A stretch of DNA of 64,000 nt. Origin: Octopus vulgaris (lineage: Eukaryota). Under the pieces are notes generated by a model. It was not told where the DNA came from. It saw only the letters and a list, made by a program, of their open reading frames with translations, and ran no database searches. The translations under genes and the position numbers were made by a program. Positions 1-12,518 of the stretch are shown here, piece after piece. The stretch covers positions 108,748,001 through 108,812,000 of the forward strand of contig OX597822.1 in assembly GCA_951406725.2 (NCBI GenBank), given 5' to 3'. Each line of letters opens with the position of its first letter. Positions within the stretch are counted from its first letter, which is position 1.

Positions 1-1539
1 TATTTCATTAGCAAAGCCTCGGGTTAGGCACACTCTCCATTGTATTTAGATAACACGAAAGCCATGGTGGTACGAAACAATATCTTAGCATTAAATTCCG
101 CCCGCGAATCTATTTTGCTTGCATCATAACATGTTCTAATGTTATGTAACAAAAGCAAAATATAATTACAAAATGTGTGTGGTTTACCTTTATATATTTA
201 CATGAATATTCCATTAATAACTTTACTTCGGATATTCGAGGAGATAATATTCTAAAAGTTATTATCCAAATATTTTGAATTATTTCTAATAAAAATATTT
301 GATATTTTATTAATTCCATTGTCGGATGTAGATACAAGATAAATAAACTATTGGAACGTGCGATAGAACGGTGGAATTGCATATTGTTTCATTTTTAATT
401 TTTTTTTTTTTCCTGTATCTATGTAAACTATCAACATAGGGTGTATAGATTGTGATACTTGCATTAAGCCGGTTTTGCAGAAAAATACCTTGGCCCAAAA
501 AATATGCAGTACATTATGGCATGTAATACATACTAAAATAGGGTGCAGAGGTGTAATAAGGCTGCCATTGTTTTCATGTTGAGAAAATATCTTAATGATT
601 ATTGAAATCGATCATAGAGAGAAATTGGTGATCGTTTCTTGGATTAAAAGACGAAAACCAAAACACGAGAATTCACAACATATCGTCACGAGAATTATTG
701 GTAAACAAAAACAAAAAATCAAAGGGGTAATACTTGGGTAAGAACTCTTGAATGATTTTCTCTGTTGGGTTTCACATTTGGAAAATATTGTGCAGAATGA
801 ATAATTTTGTTTATATTGTGTAGTGTCCTAGGTATTTGTAATCTTTGCATGTTCGTTTATTGAGAGATGCGTCTTCTTTCTGCAGAATTCATGAGATATA
901 TATGAAATGTTTTCGTTAAAAAAAAAAAAATTATCGGTGGTGGTTCCTCTTTGAAATGTCGGAGTATAAAACATTGATTATATATGCAAAAATGCAAGGT
1001 TTCATCGCTAATGTTTAAGATGATATCTTTTCATTGGATGATGTTCAGTTTTACAGTAATGCAAAACTCACATTTGACACCCTGTCCCCTGTATTTTTTG
1101 CTTTAGCAATAACCCTCCAGTTATCTAGGAGTTGCTTACAGAAACACCCATTCACATTGTTCGATATTTACGTATATATACACGTACATACATACATACA
1201 TACATACATACATACGCACTCATATATATCATACATACATACATACAAACCTATATATATATATATATATCCCAGAACACTGTGATGTATCTTTAGGAAA
1301 TGATGTATTGTGAATCAAAAATTGACTTGTTATCCTATCAATAGTTTCTTTTAACTAATTCGTAGTCATACCAAGAGATTTCAGATAATATATCGGTAAA
1401 CAGGAAACGTCAATAGATTGAATTTCAAATAACCTTAACTTGTTTGATTTTCCTCCGATGTAGGACGATGAATATTATGTTTTCTCATACCGTAAATAAT
1501 TGACATCTCTCATATGTTGAAGTCATATTATCGCATCCC

Positions 1540-1744
1540 TAAAATGGTATTTTTCATCTTTTCATCTCTAACATAATTCGCCAACACTACACCTGATTTT
1601 CTCCCCTCCATACACATGCAAGCATGTATCTGACTCATACACTGTTCACTTTCCAGACATTTGTACATTATTGCATATGCTTTATACGCACCTTTGACAA
1701 GTTGTGGTGCACCTGAGCACTGTATACAATAATTTCATTATTAT
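1540..1744 (+). mobile_element. Probable 3' UTR remnant of a LINE
   Basis: Ends in GTGGTGCACCTGAGCACTGTATACAATAATTTCATTATTAT, a stem-loop followed by an (ATT)n tail as in CR1/L2-type 3' ends. No coding part seen. Confidence 0.35.
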
Positions 1745-2420
1745 GATAAATTTAGGCAACGGTACACACAATTTTAGATGTGTTTCCACAGAACAACATA
1801 AGAATGTAATGTCTGTGAAAAGATATTCATTTCTCAATCACCAAATTATTTTTGATTAACATCTATCCTGTATATATGCGACTGTTACTCCATGAGTACG
1901 AAAACCTGATCGGAAACATGAAATGTAGTATACAAAATTGATGTTTCTTTAGAAGATTCTCTCCGATAAAGGTCGTACCAGACGCGCATTGGGTTTCTGT
2001 ACCTTTAGGAAAGCTTATCACCCATTGGTTAGAACAAATTTTCAATACATTGTAAGCGGTAATTAATACAGAAATTCTAGTTCATATCATTAGTCGGGAG
2101 AGGACTGTCAGCAGCCATTCGATCAATTATAACAAAATAGACGCTTTTAAAGACCTGCATGAGTTGTGTGTTTGTATTTCAACGGGAATCAGTTTGTGGT
2201 TGTATATACCCTCAGCTAATTAAATCGTGGAGGATGTTGAGAAGGTTGAAACATCCCTTACTCTCTTATTGACTTTTGTTTGCTCTGGATTATTTTCTTA
2301 TCGAAGTCATACTCACAAACAGTGAAACAGCAAAATGAATTAATGATATTATAAACTAGATCTATGTGCATCACTAATAAATAAGTAATCTATTCCCACT
2401 AATAATATCTTGCGTTATTA

Positions 2421-2636
2421 TACTCTTTTAGTCTTTTACTTGTTTCAGTCATTTGACTGCGGCCATGCTGGAACACCGCCTTTAATCAAGTAACTCGACC
2501 CCGGGACTTATTCTTTTGTAAGCCCAGTACTTATTCTATCGGTCTCTTTTGCCGAACCGCTAAGTTACGGAGACATAAACTCACCAGCATCGGTTGTCAA
2601 GCAATGCTAGGGGGAAAAACACAGACACACAAGCAC

Positions 2637-2677
<41 letters not shown>

Positions 2678-2843
2678 TACGACGGGCTTCTTTCAGTTTC
2701 CGTCTACCAAATCCACTCACAAGGCTTTGGTCGGCCCGAGGCTATAGTAGAAGACACTTACACAAGGTGCCACGCAGTGGGACTGAACCCGGAACCATGT
2801 GGCTGGTAAACAAGCTACTTACCACACAGCTACTCCTGCGCCT
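2421..2843 (-). mobile_element. tRNA-derived SINE, family A (internal (TA)n/(TG)n, (GAGTAAAA)n tail)
   Basis: Minus strand begins AGGCGCAGGAGTAGCTGTGTGGTAAG (box A) ... GGTTCAGTCCC (box B). Very similar copies at 14898, 41064 and 42961/45198; older copy at 51420. Confidence 0.9.
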
Positions 2844-3474
2844 AATGAAACCATACAATTTTATCTAAATATAAATAGATGATGAGATCATAGAATTCAT
2901 ATGTTACAGGAAATTCATTGTGTTTATAGATAGAAATCAATAACGAAACTACCTACGAATACTATGTTAGGATTAGCTTGCCGCAAATTTCATAAACATG
3001 ACAGTGCGGTGACTGCGTTTTTGATATTAACCAAATATTGTCTTAGTAACTTAGGGATGCATCGAAATTACAATGCAATTAGATTTGCTCACCATGTACA
3101 TTTGCTTAGTGAGGATAGTAATTTACTGTTACATGTAAGCAAATTTGCGTTATCCATCACCTCTTACGATAGTTATGTAAAAGTCTAAAACCCAACGGAA
3201 GAGCGAGACGCATATGTCAAGACAACTGAATAAAACGAATCGTAACTCCAGTTATAACGACGCACTTTCATATAGATCCAGTAAATACATCGTTTCAAGT
3301 CCACTACATTAGTTATAAAATACACATTAAATTTAAGAAAGACAGAATTTGAAATTATGCTTCATTTTACTATTAAAATTTATCAATTTTTCAACATACA
3401 CTTTTTAAAATGCAGAAGAGTCGTTGTGTGTCTATTTGTGTATATATATATACCTGTGTGTGTGTGTGTGTGTG

Positions 3475-3510
<36 letters not shown>

Positions 3511-3804
3511 TGCGAATGCATATACATGCGTGCACGTTAGTTGTATGCATGTGTTTATGCTTATTTCAATGTAAAAGCTTGTAATACCTTAAACATGTTC
3601 TGGAAATAATTCACTAAGCCTTAATTAGTGTTATTGTATTCCGAAAAGATTAATAATTGCGCATGCGTATATACATACATATATATATGTATATATATAT
3701 ACATATACATATATCTATGTATATATATCCATACCTAGATACATATACACTCGCACACATTCAAACACATACATGGAAAGACACACATATATACATACAT
3801 GCAT

Positions 3805-3855
<51 letters not shown>

Positions 3856-4277
3856 TGTATAATATCTTGAGAGTTAACAAAAACTTACCTAGAAGGAAAT
3901 CTGCAAATATACACGTATCGATATGGAGGCGTTTGGTAATAGTTAGAATTGAAGGGTGGTTCACTGCAATTAGAAGGCAATTAAGGAATATCTATATATA
4001 ACGTATCAATAACTACTGCATTGGATTTAGTTTTCCTAATTCTCGGAGGATATGTTTGTTCTTTAGATATATTTCTTCTTGCTTTCTTCTTTTTCCTGTA
4101 TTCCAGTTATAGGTTTTAATATTTTTAATTATTAATTTCATTATTTCTATAACAAAGGCTATGGAATTCGATATAGCAGCAGGTCATAAAGACATCTTTT
4201 AGTGCAAATGCCGGAAGAATTATATATCGTTTCACGTACATAAAACAGTAAAATAAATATTACTGTTATATAACATA

Positions 4278-4792
4278 CTAGCAGTATCGCCCGGCGTTGC
4301 TCGGGTTTGTAAGGGAAATAACTATATAAGCATTTTTAGAGAGTCACTTCCCTTATAGATGCCAATTCGGGCTTTCTTAGCCATTTCTGTTTTGGTGTCT
4401 TCAAACCATTAAGTCGTTGTTCTAAAAGAACGCTGGTCTCCTTGACAACGCTTTACGACGTTGATTTCCTTACACTGCCTTCCCCACAGCTTCACGAGGG
4501 AGGGAAGAAGGGGGAGAAGCAAACACAGGTGCAGGTGTGACCATGGACGCCAACTCCGCCGCCATCGACACACGAAAAATTATGCATTAAAATGGAATAA
4601 AAAATGATGTTAAATTATTTTTAAAATCGTAGACTCATCGTAGACGCGCGCTAATACTCAGACGGGCTCGATATGAATCACGACTATAAGATACCCGAAT
4701 TTGGTTAAACTGCACCGCAAAATGTGGGAGTAGTTAGGAATCTAAATCGAAGGGGACAGACACTCACACAACTACAGTTTTATATATATAGA
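4278..4792 (-). mobile_element. Non-autonomous Helitron
   Basis: Minus strand A^TCTATATATATAAAA ... CCCGAGCAACGCCGGG hairpin ... CTAG^T: 5' TC, 3' hairpin plus CTAG, inserted in an AT dinucleotide, no TSD. Second copy at 9981. Confidence 0.85.
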
Positions 4793-4884
4793 TGTAGCTG
4801 TAGTGTAGTAGGGAGATATTTGATATTATAGTCTTAAATGGAGTATAGCTCATTAAAAAAATGCACAAAATATATCCTGTTTTA

Positions 4885-4995
4885 CCTGGGGAAAGTCACT
4901 CTCTTTTAGTGCTTATATGTTAACACCTCACAGATAAAATTTCCACTTATTTCCTTTTTTTTCTAAAATTTTCGTTGCGTCTTGCACCTCTTCCC
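4885..4995 (-). repeat. Decayed Penelope-type pLTR fragment (hammerhead remnant)
   Basis: Minus strand GAAGAGGTGCAAGACGCAACGAAAATTTT. Related sequence recurs at 27380-27800. Confidence 0.35.
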
Positions 4996-5549
4996 TAATT
5001 ATTCACACTGAGTTTCCTTTTCTTTGTTTGTGAGCATGTGTGTAGGTCAGTGTGTGTGTGTACCTAACCATGCATGTATGTATGTATGCATGCATGCATG
5101 TATGTATGTATGTGTGTGTATGCATGTATTGTGCGTGTGCATATGTATATAAGTATGTGTGTATATTTGAATGTATGTATTCTGCATATTCATGTGTTTG
5201 CGTGTCCTTGTTTGTGTGTTTTTTGGTATATGTGTGCGCATGCGTATGTGTACATCTGTCTCCTTTTGGGGCAGGTCTGAGTGTGTGTGTATGTATATAT
5301 ATATATGGTCATGCGCTTCAGTCTCCATTTGTGTATTTGTGGATACGTGTGCTTGGCTGTTCATATAACCTAGCCGTCAGTACGTTGATCTATTTGCTTT
5401 CAAATCCATTTGTTTATGTTCGTGTGCATATACATATATATATATACATACACCCATCCCCACACACATACCTGTGTAAACCTTGGTTATGCGGGTATGA
5501 AATCTACTATATATATATTTCCTATTTAGTATTGGGGAAGTTTCATTTA

Positions 5550-6110
5550 TGAGGTTGAAATCCTGCGTTTGTCTGAGTGTTGGGTCTTTTGGGGCCTTGG
5601 ATAAGATGCGGATGTTACGTTGACCCAGGTTGACTCCATGTCGGTAGAGTATGGAGGACTGTTTGTTTTGTCGTCCTATTGTCTCAAATGGTAATTTAGT
5701 CGTTCTGCAATGCTCCTAGATGTCTCCCCTATGTATGCCATGTTCATGTCTTTACAAGCATCTTCTATGCACCTTATGCCGTAAACTATATTTCTAGTTC
5801 TACAGTTAATGCCAGGGCTAACCTACATAGCATGCAGTTATCATTGGTGCATGTGGTATTCTCAAGGCGGTACGTCCTACATATGTCGTAATCTGACGGA
5901 GTTCCCTAGACTTTCAATAAACTTAATGTTAAGTTTGGTCTCCTTCAGGGCATTTCTAAAAGTTCTCCGTGTGTTGCGGCCTCTACAAACATCAGTCATT
6001 GATATTTGTCGGATTTATGCCACATGTTCGCGTTGTTTCCTTTGTCACAAATTATTTGTATCCTATTCCAGTCTTTGTTTCTATATCTAGGACAGGTACC
6101 ACTGGTATCA
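5550..6110 (-). pseudogene. Penelope-like element fragment, GIY-YIG endonuclease region
   Basis: Minus-strand translation CTNDNCMLCR...INCRTRNIVYGIRCIEDACKDMNMAYIGETSRSIAERLNYH: Cys linker plus GIY-YIG motifs, with stops. Confidence 0.8.
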
Positions 6111-7303
6111 TTACTTATAATGTTCTCTAATTTCCTTCTAGCACAAATAAGAACAACACAAATAGGGACAACACAAAGGAATTGACACATAAGGTGTAAT
6201 GTAAAAATCGAGTAAGCAATAAAATAACAATGAGAATTAAGAAGAAAAAAATTCTAGCAACTAATATCTCCGATATGGAGGAGTTCGACTCAGAGCCGAC
6301 TAAGGTACCCAAAATATCCTGGTCACCCCACCAGCCAAGGGCACCTCAAACAGGCACCCCACTTCCTCTCAAATGCTGTGGCCTACAAGCGAATGTTCAG
6401 AATAGGCCCATTCACTCAGGCCATATTTGCTCACATTCACTCACATTTCAACAAAGTTACTGGGAGTAGTACTCCGCTTTCACCTTCACTTTCCTTTTCA
6501 AGTGGAACTTGGGAAAGTAGGTGAGGGCTTGGCTGAAGAGAAAAGTATCTGTCTTTATCCCTCCTTGTCTCGTCCATTACATTACATATTTCGCTATAGC
6601 CACCAGGCAAGAGAAATACTCCATTTTCCTCCCGGCCAAAAGAAGACCGCAGGGCGATACTCACTATGAACTTGGCAGATAGCCGGATCCGTCTTACTCA
6701 CGTCAACAACTGCTCAATAAGGCTTCTCAAGACTGCATTGCCCAAAGACCAATGAAGTGCATGCAGAACAGTTTCGTCACCATCCGCACATCTCTGACAG
6801 ATCCATCTGATGGCACGTCCGTGCCTGTGGAGGTTGTCTCGATCTCGGTGAGCACCCCTTTCCCGATGACAGTCCCCGACCAGGGATTTCTGGGAGATTT
6901 CCATAGGCTCTGACCCAAAAGAACCAGTCAATGGATTCCTTCTGACACCCAGAATCTCACTGAGGATGTTTGTCACTCTTCCCCACCACCAATCCTCTAT
7001 AGAACTGCAATGTGGGACTTCTAACGGCCCATTGCCTGACTGTTAGAGGACTGTAAGCGCTTGTCGATTCTCCAGGTGCCATGCGCCTATTCTCGGTCTA
7101 CGTTCGATCCAGGTCTGTAGCACTTTCAATGGGACAAACTGTCTCATAAACGGTAACCACAGCTGCTCATTATTGAGGAATGGCTGGAGATGTCGTATCC
7201 TCAGCGCATGTCTGCGAATCCTTAGTCAGAGAATTCTAGGTCTTTCACTCAGTACCTGCTGACAGCAGATGGTCTGTCGAACTAGCGGAACACATCGGTT
7301 CCA
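6110..7303 (-). pseudogene. Tx1/L1-clade ORF2 C-terminal fragment plus 3' UTR
   Basis: Minus strand WNRCVPLVRQTICCQ...RRHALRIRHLQPFL and CQRCADGDETVLHAL (L1/Tx1 C-terminal Zn motif CxxC..ETxxH). Frameshifted; T-rich 3' UTR. Confidence 0.75.
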
Positions 7304-7309
7304 TAAATA

Positions 7310-7620
7310 TAACAATAAGAAGAAATAGGTCAAAAAGAAAAAGAAAAATTCCAATCCTTCAAATTTGAAATAGGAAGAATTTGAAGTATGAGGTCTATAA
7401 AGTTCGTGCCTACAATAATTGGTGGATCGGAAACAGATAGCAAATATATAGACGAATGGCTGAAGGAGGTTTGAAGATGATACCCTGTAGAACTCATACA
7501 GAAAGTTTGTCGCTCAGGAACAGCAAAAATTATTGGGAGGGTTCTAAGCACTCGAAATACTACTGAAAACTTGTGGTTACCTACGGTTAGAGTTAAAAAC
7601 CCACTAACCTTAAAACTTCT
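7310..7620 (+). pseudogene. R4/Dong-like (RLE-bearing) non-LTR retrotransposon 3' end
   Basis: EKEKFQSFKFEIGRI*SMRSIKFVPTIIGG...EWLKEV...LIQKVCRSGTAKIIGRVLST resembles the RLE C-terminal pattern (K..KY..L..EI.R.W....VP..IG.LG...QK...GT.RI.R.VL). Confidence 0.7.
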
Positions 7621-8228
7621 ACCAAGAATAAGGGTGACCTTAGTCAAACGAAATGATACGAATATTAAGAAGAAGAATAACCAGACAATGGATATCATGG
7701 CTCTTGATCTTAACTGATGGATGTGTAATCATTTCTGAAGAACCAATATTAAATAATCGATACGCCGCTACACAAATACATATAATATATTATTTCGTTA
7801 AAACCTCGCTTCACATATTGCTTTGCTCTATAACTGTAGATGAATTGATATTATTAGCGCTATTTCCGTAATAACTGAGCTTTCATATTCTACTCTATAG
7901 GGTTTATTAATTTTCGAGGTTTGGCTTAAATGATATCGTTGGTATTCTTTCGGATATAAATTGATTATTGATTGTAAATGCCCCATGCCTCGAAATCTAC
8001 CAACATACATATAAAACCTTTTCAAATACGAGTCGCAACATTCGCCATCATATAAACTTACGGACTAACATTACAAGTTATGTTAGTGATGTCATAGTTT
8101 GCATACGATATCCTCTAAATTCCATGATATTGAAGCATAATTTTGTCAGTGTACAGGTCGTGGTCTCAAAGCGACGAAAGTATTTTCACAAATTAAATTT
8201 AAATGTTAAAGAGAATATTTTGACAAAT

Positions 8229-8369
8229 TAAATTTAAATGTCGAAGTGAATCTAACGGATTTTGTTTGTGTTTCTTAAATTACTGATAAATACCGTCCAC
8301 GCTGCAATTGTTTTCCTTCCAGCACACGATCCCTGATCAGGTCACTTGCTATGCAAGTACATCTCCGTA
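8229..8369. mobile_element. Possible MITE end
   Basis: Higher-complexity segment ending ...TGATCAGGTCACTTGCTATGCAAGTACATCTCCG|TA (TA-flanked terminus). Partner TIR not found. Confidence 0.25.
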
Positions 8370-9700
8370 AATTCAAGGTATTTAATGATTAAATATGTTA
8401 GACCTCAATACTTTCCAATTTTTGAAGCATATCTTAGAAACATAACGCTAAAACGCAATAACACCAAAAGTTTTCCACACTGAAAATATCAAATATATTA
8501 TTTGTTATATCACTTATCCAGCACAGAATATTTTTGAACAACTGTGACTAAATATTTTGCTCAAAGTGTTTGGCACTGAAAATGTCATCAATGTCACTTA
8601 GTGTTAACAAGTTACCCTTACTTGTGTAGATTTTTATTGTTAAAATAAGACATATAACCAGCAGCAATACTAAAACCACGTCCTGATATGATCTACGGGA
8701 ATACCAGATTGTCGACATTTTTTGTTGCTACCACATTCCGCTTGTTAAACAAACGTTCATACGCATCACAAAATAAACTTTTCGATAAAATCATGTTGGT
8801 ATTCTTACAATACAACAGATGCTTACACCTTAAATATATCCACTTCTAAGCAATCAAAGCTATTGCTTGTTATGACAACCTCCGATGCTGTAAATTATAA
8901 GTGACTGCACGTAAATATCGAAAATGATTCACACAAATTGGAATATGGTATTAAAATTAAAGACCTTTCTATATGGAGATTTCTTAGATACATAGAACAT
9001 AGATTCATAGAACATATAATTTAAATCCAAAAGTACTACAAATCTAAGGACGAACCAAGAAACGACTGCCAGTTCTCTCTTATTCCAAGAAAGTATTTTA
9101 TTTCCTTCACATAGAATGTATAACAGAGTAATATATTGCTAATATTCAATCTAACCTGACAGGAAATAATCAAATATAATTCCGAAGCACTGATCCTTTC
9201 AAATGATAAAACATCTTCAAAAATGTGCTCCTTTAACTCATACCTTAATAGTTTTTTTTTAATTATCTTGAAATATTTAGTGTACACTTACATGTATTTC
9301 TGATATTTTACAATACATAGAATTCCATCAGTTTTTTACTTCATAGATGGAATCACATTCCTACTTATACATTGACTTAGCTTCACGTTGAATACTGCGT
9401 AATCGTGTGCATACAGAAAACTGCCATTATTCAGATAAATTTGCGAATGAATACAGTATTCGCCATCTGCATCCTTAGCCGATTTTCTATTTATCCACCA
9501 GAATTACAAGTCTTACAGTAGGGACCGCAATTTCTCTATGCCCTACAGTTCTATACACACCTGACTGACAAAATATTCATAAGGGATTCAACATTGAAAT
9601 AAATGAAAACTGTGCGTAGCAATTTATATTAATTTATTCACTTTCAAACATGATTTCAATTTTATATACTCAGATATCTACATCTAGTATTCCTTGCGTA

Positions 9701-9832
9701 ATCTGATGTAATCTCCAGGGATACAGGCATCCAGCAACAGGACCTCCGTAATGCTATGATGGACCGTGAAGTCTGGCGTAACATAGTAAATTCCATTGTC
9801 TCGACCACGGTCGAACAATGATGATGATGATG
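9701..9832 (+). mobile_element. 5'-truncated RTE-type LINE 3' end with 12-bp TSD
   Basis: Encodes DVISRDTGIQQQDLRNAMMDREVWRNIV...EQ* then a (TGA)n tail. ATTCCTTGCGTA duplicated at 9689-9700 and 9833-9844. Confidence 0.85.
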
Positions 9833-9980
9833 ATTCCTTGCGTAGTCTTGCACTATATCTTGCAAATTATTGAACATAGTTACCAACATTCCTTTGTCAT
9901 CGTCTATTAGATCAACTGTAGATTATAATAGTAGACGCTAGTAAATATCAATTTTTTCCCGCCTCCACACATTCGAAATA

Positions 9981-10366
9981 TTTATATATAAAAGTGAGGT
10001 TGTGTGCTGTCTGTCTCCTACGATTTAGATTCCTAACTACTCCCACATCTTGCGGTGCAGTTTAACCCAAACCGGGTATCTTATAGTCGTGATTCATATC
10101 GAGCCCTTCTGGGAATTGGCGCGATGAATCTACGATGAGTCTACGATTTAAAAAAAAAATTGCCATCATTTTTTTCCATTTTAATGCATTTTTCGCTATT
10201 ATATAAGGGAAGTAACACTCTAAAAATGTCTACGATGAGTCAACGATTTAAAATAAATTTACCATATTTTTTTCTATATTTGCTATTTTTTGGCGATAAC
10301 TCTCTAAAAATGTGTATATAGTTTTTTTCCCTTACAAACCCGAGCAACGCCAGGCGATACTGCTAG
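9981..10366 (+). mobile_element. Non-autonomous Helitron (same family as 4278-4792)
   Basis: TTTATATATAAAAG start, shared body, CCCGAGCAACGCCAGG hairpin and CTAG^T end. Confidence 0.85.
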
Positions 10367-10518
10367 TATTATATATTAATTAACTTCATTCATTTAACGG
10401 AAAATTCGTACAGGACAGAGATGGAGTATAAGATAGTTCAGTTCTATATTTAAGAGATGAGGTCTTATGTACATTATTTACATTTGACGGATATTTGTCT
10501 ATTATCTTGTTTGTTTTT

Positions 10519-10564
10519 AACATAACGTTTCGGCTGATATACCCTCCAGCCCTCTTCAGGTGTA
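10519..10564 (-). ncRNA. Minimal type I hammerhead ribozyme motif
   Basis: TACAC-CTGAAGA-G-GGCTG(gagggtatat)CAGCC-GAAAC-GTT-ATGTT on the minus strand. Confidence 0.65.
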
Positions 10565-10610
10565 TTTGGGAAATTTGAAACGTGGATTCTCATTCTTAGG
10601 GTATTTTCAA

Positions 10611-10687
10611 TGTTGCTGTTGTTGTTGTTGTTGTTATTATTATTATTATTATTATTGTTGTTATTGTTGTTGCAGTTGCTGTTATTA

Positions 10688-10767
<80 letters not shown>
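10611..10767. repeat. (GTT)n/(ATT)n microsatellite
   Basis: Direct reading. Source of the poly-L and poly-Y/C pseudo-ORFs. Confidence 0.95.
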
Positions 10768-10768
<1 letters not shown>

Positions 10769-10804
10769 CTTAGGAATGAGAACCCATGTTCGAAATTTCC
10801 CTAA

Positions 10805-10850
10805 GACACCTGATGAAGGCTGGAGGGTATATCAGCCGAAACGTTGTGTT
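10805..10850 (+). ncRNA. Minimal type I hammerhead ribozyme motif
   Basis: GACAC-CTGATGA-A-GGCTG(gagggtatat)CAGCC-GAAAC-GTT^GTGTT. Stem I GACAC/GTGTT; palindromic minimal stem III (AACGTT). Confidence 0.75.
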
Positions 10851-11500
10851 AACAACAAACAAGATGAGGTCAACATATCCAATAAATATAAACAATGTAA
10901 ATAATATAAGATAGTTGTTCGTAATTTGAAACGCTATGGTTCGACATAGAGGTTCATACTCGCATTACTTATAGCTTCAGTCTTTATTCTTTCATGTGTT
11001 TCGATATATTTTGTGATACAAAGATGGCATACACTGCTATGAGCATAGAGACCTCGAAATGTGTGGGGAAGTCTCCGTTACTGGAAGGGTTGCAAATGGC
11101 AACAAAAACAATTGACGAAAATATAACAAAACAACAACAACACCAAACCACAACGATAAAAACGTGATTGACTGTTTAACCAACAAGTTAGACTATCGAT
11201 TACTAGCTGGATAGATATTTTTATCCGGTCGATTAATAATAAAGGAGTGGTATTGAACCTCTGCCTGTGTTATTGCAAGACACAAATTAACATGAAGAAT
11301 GTTGCAAAGCAAATACAAAGCCGAAGACAATAATAACTGACCCGTATAAAGGATAGGGAGCTATATCAGCAGACGTACCAAGGATATCCAATTATTGGTT
11401 TCGGATAGAATTATAATATAATATGGCAATATTCCTTCCCCTTGGAAAGGTCCGTGACAGTTTAACCGCAATAGGAATATTGCACCATAATATTGCAATA

Positions 11501-11889
11501 TGGATGGAAGCACTCCGTCGGTTACGACGACGAGGGTTCCGGTTGATCCGAATCAACGGAACAGCCTGCTCGTGAAATTAACGTGTAAGTGGCTGAGCAC
11601 TCCACAGACACGTGTACACTTAACATAGTTCTCGGGGATATTCAGCGTGACACAGAGAGTGACAAAGCCGGCCCCTTGAAATACAGGTACAACAGAAACA
11701 GGAAGTAAGAGTGAGAGAAAGTTGTGGTGAAAGAGTACAGCAGGAATCACTACTATCCCCTGCCGGAGGCTCGTGGAGCCTAAGGTGTTTTCGCTCAATA
11801 AACACTCACAACGCCCGGTCTGGGAATCGAAATCGCGATCCTATGACCGCGAGTCCGCTGCCCTAACCACTGGGCCATTGCGCCTCCAC
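11501..11889 (-). mobile_element. tRNA-derived SINE, family B, 10-bp TSD
   Basis: Head GGAGGCGCAATGGCCCAGTGGTTAGGG (box A) ... TTTCGATTCCC (box B). TATTGCAATA at 11491-11500 and 11890-11899. Confidence 0.92.
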
Positions 11890-12295
11890 TATTGCAATAA
11901 ATAACATCATTATTAACGATTCTAAATACTTGAGATAGTATGTCACCCTACACATTATTTTATGTTTATGCCATTCTCTTGGAATGTAAAAGTGTTTTGG
12001 CGTAGTGTTTCAACGTGGAAGGAGTGACCCGGTTTTAATCGGTTACAATTGATGACTCAAGCATCCATTCATGTAGCAAGGAAAACAATTTCCTAAATTA
12101 TGATTTCAACATGTTTTGTGGGCGTTATGTCCGTTTACGTAGCATTTTGCTTCTCTATCGCTCCTTCTCTCTCCACCCAAGCTCCCCATTGAGATTCAAC
12201 ATCAATTTAGGAACTGGGGATTTTCTATTTACTTTGAGACTTTTATAATGCCAGTTATACAAGAATGTTTATATATGTATATGTACATATATATT

Positions 12296-12328
12296 TGTCT
12301 ATCTGTCTATCTATCTATCTCTATCATA

Positions 12329-12377
<49 letters not shown>

Positions 12378-12383
12378 CATATC

Positions 12384-12458
<75 letters not shown>

Positions 12459-12480
12459 CGCTAGTTAGCTAGCTATCTAT
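12296..12480. repeat. (ATCT)n microsatellite
   Basis: Direct reading. Confidence 0.95.
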
Positions 12481-12518
12481 TAACCCCCTACCAGTCTCTC
12501 AGTGAACCTATATTATAC

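Larger units (their letters stand above)
10439..10904. mobile_element. Non-autonomous Penelope-type element: inverted pLTR arms around (ATT)n, two hammerheads, 12-bp TSD
   Basis: Arms ~10473-10600 and ~10768-10905 are inverted repeats. TATAAGATAGTT at 10427-10438 and 10905-10916. Confidence 0.75.

Noticed and set aside
3860-4160. Possible Penelope RT/linker relic (EPPFNS, LGKFL on the minus strand)
   Set aside because: Motifs too short and in inconsistent frames.
4400-4470. RRKALSRRPAFF*NNDL resemblance to the CREB KID motif in the Helitron insert
   Set aside because: Short, flanked by stops, lacks the phospho-Ser and has the wrong spacing; probably chance.
11790-11889. tRNA-like sequences at SINE heads (also near 2780, 21590, 23580, 46100, 57600)
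   Set aside because: Box A/B are present but followed by SINE bodies and tails, mostly with TSDs; not tRNA genes.
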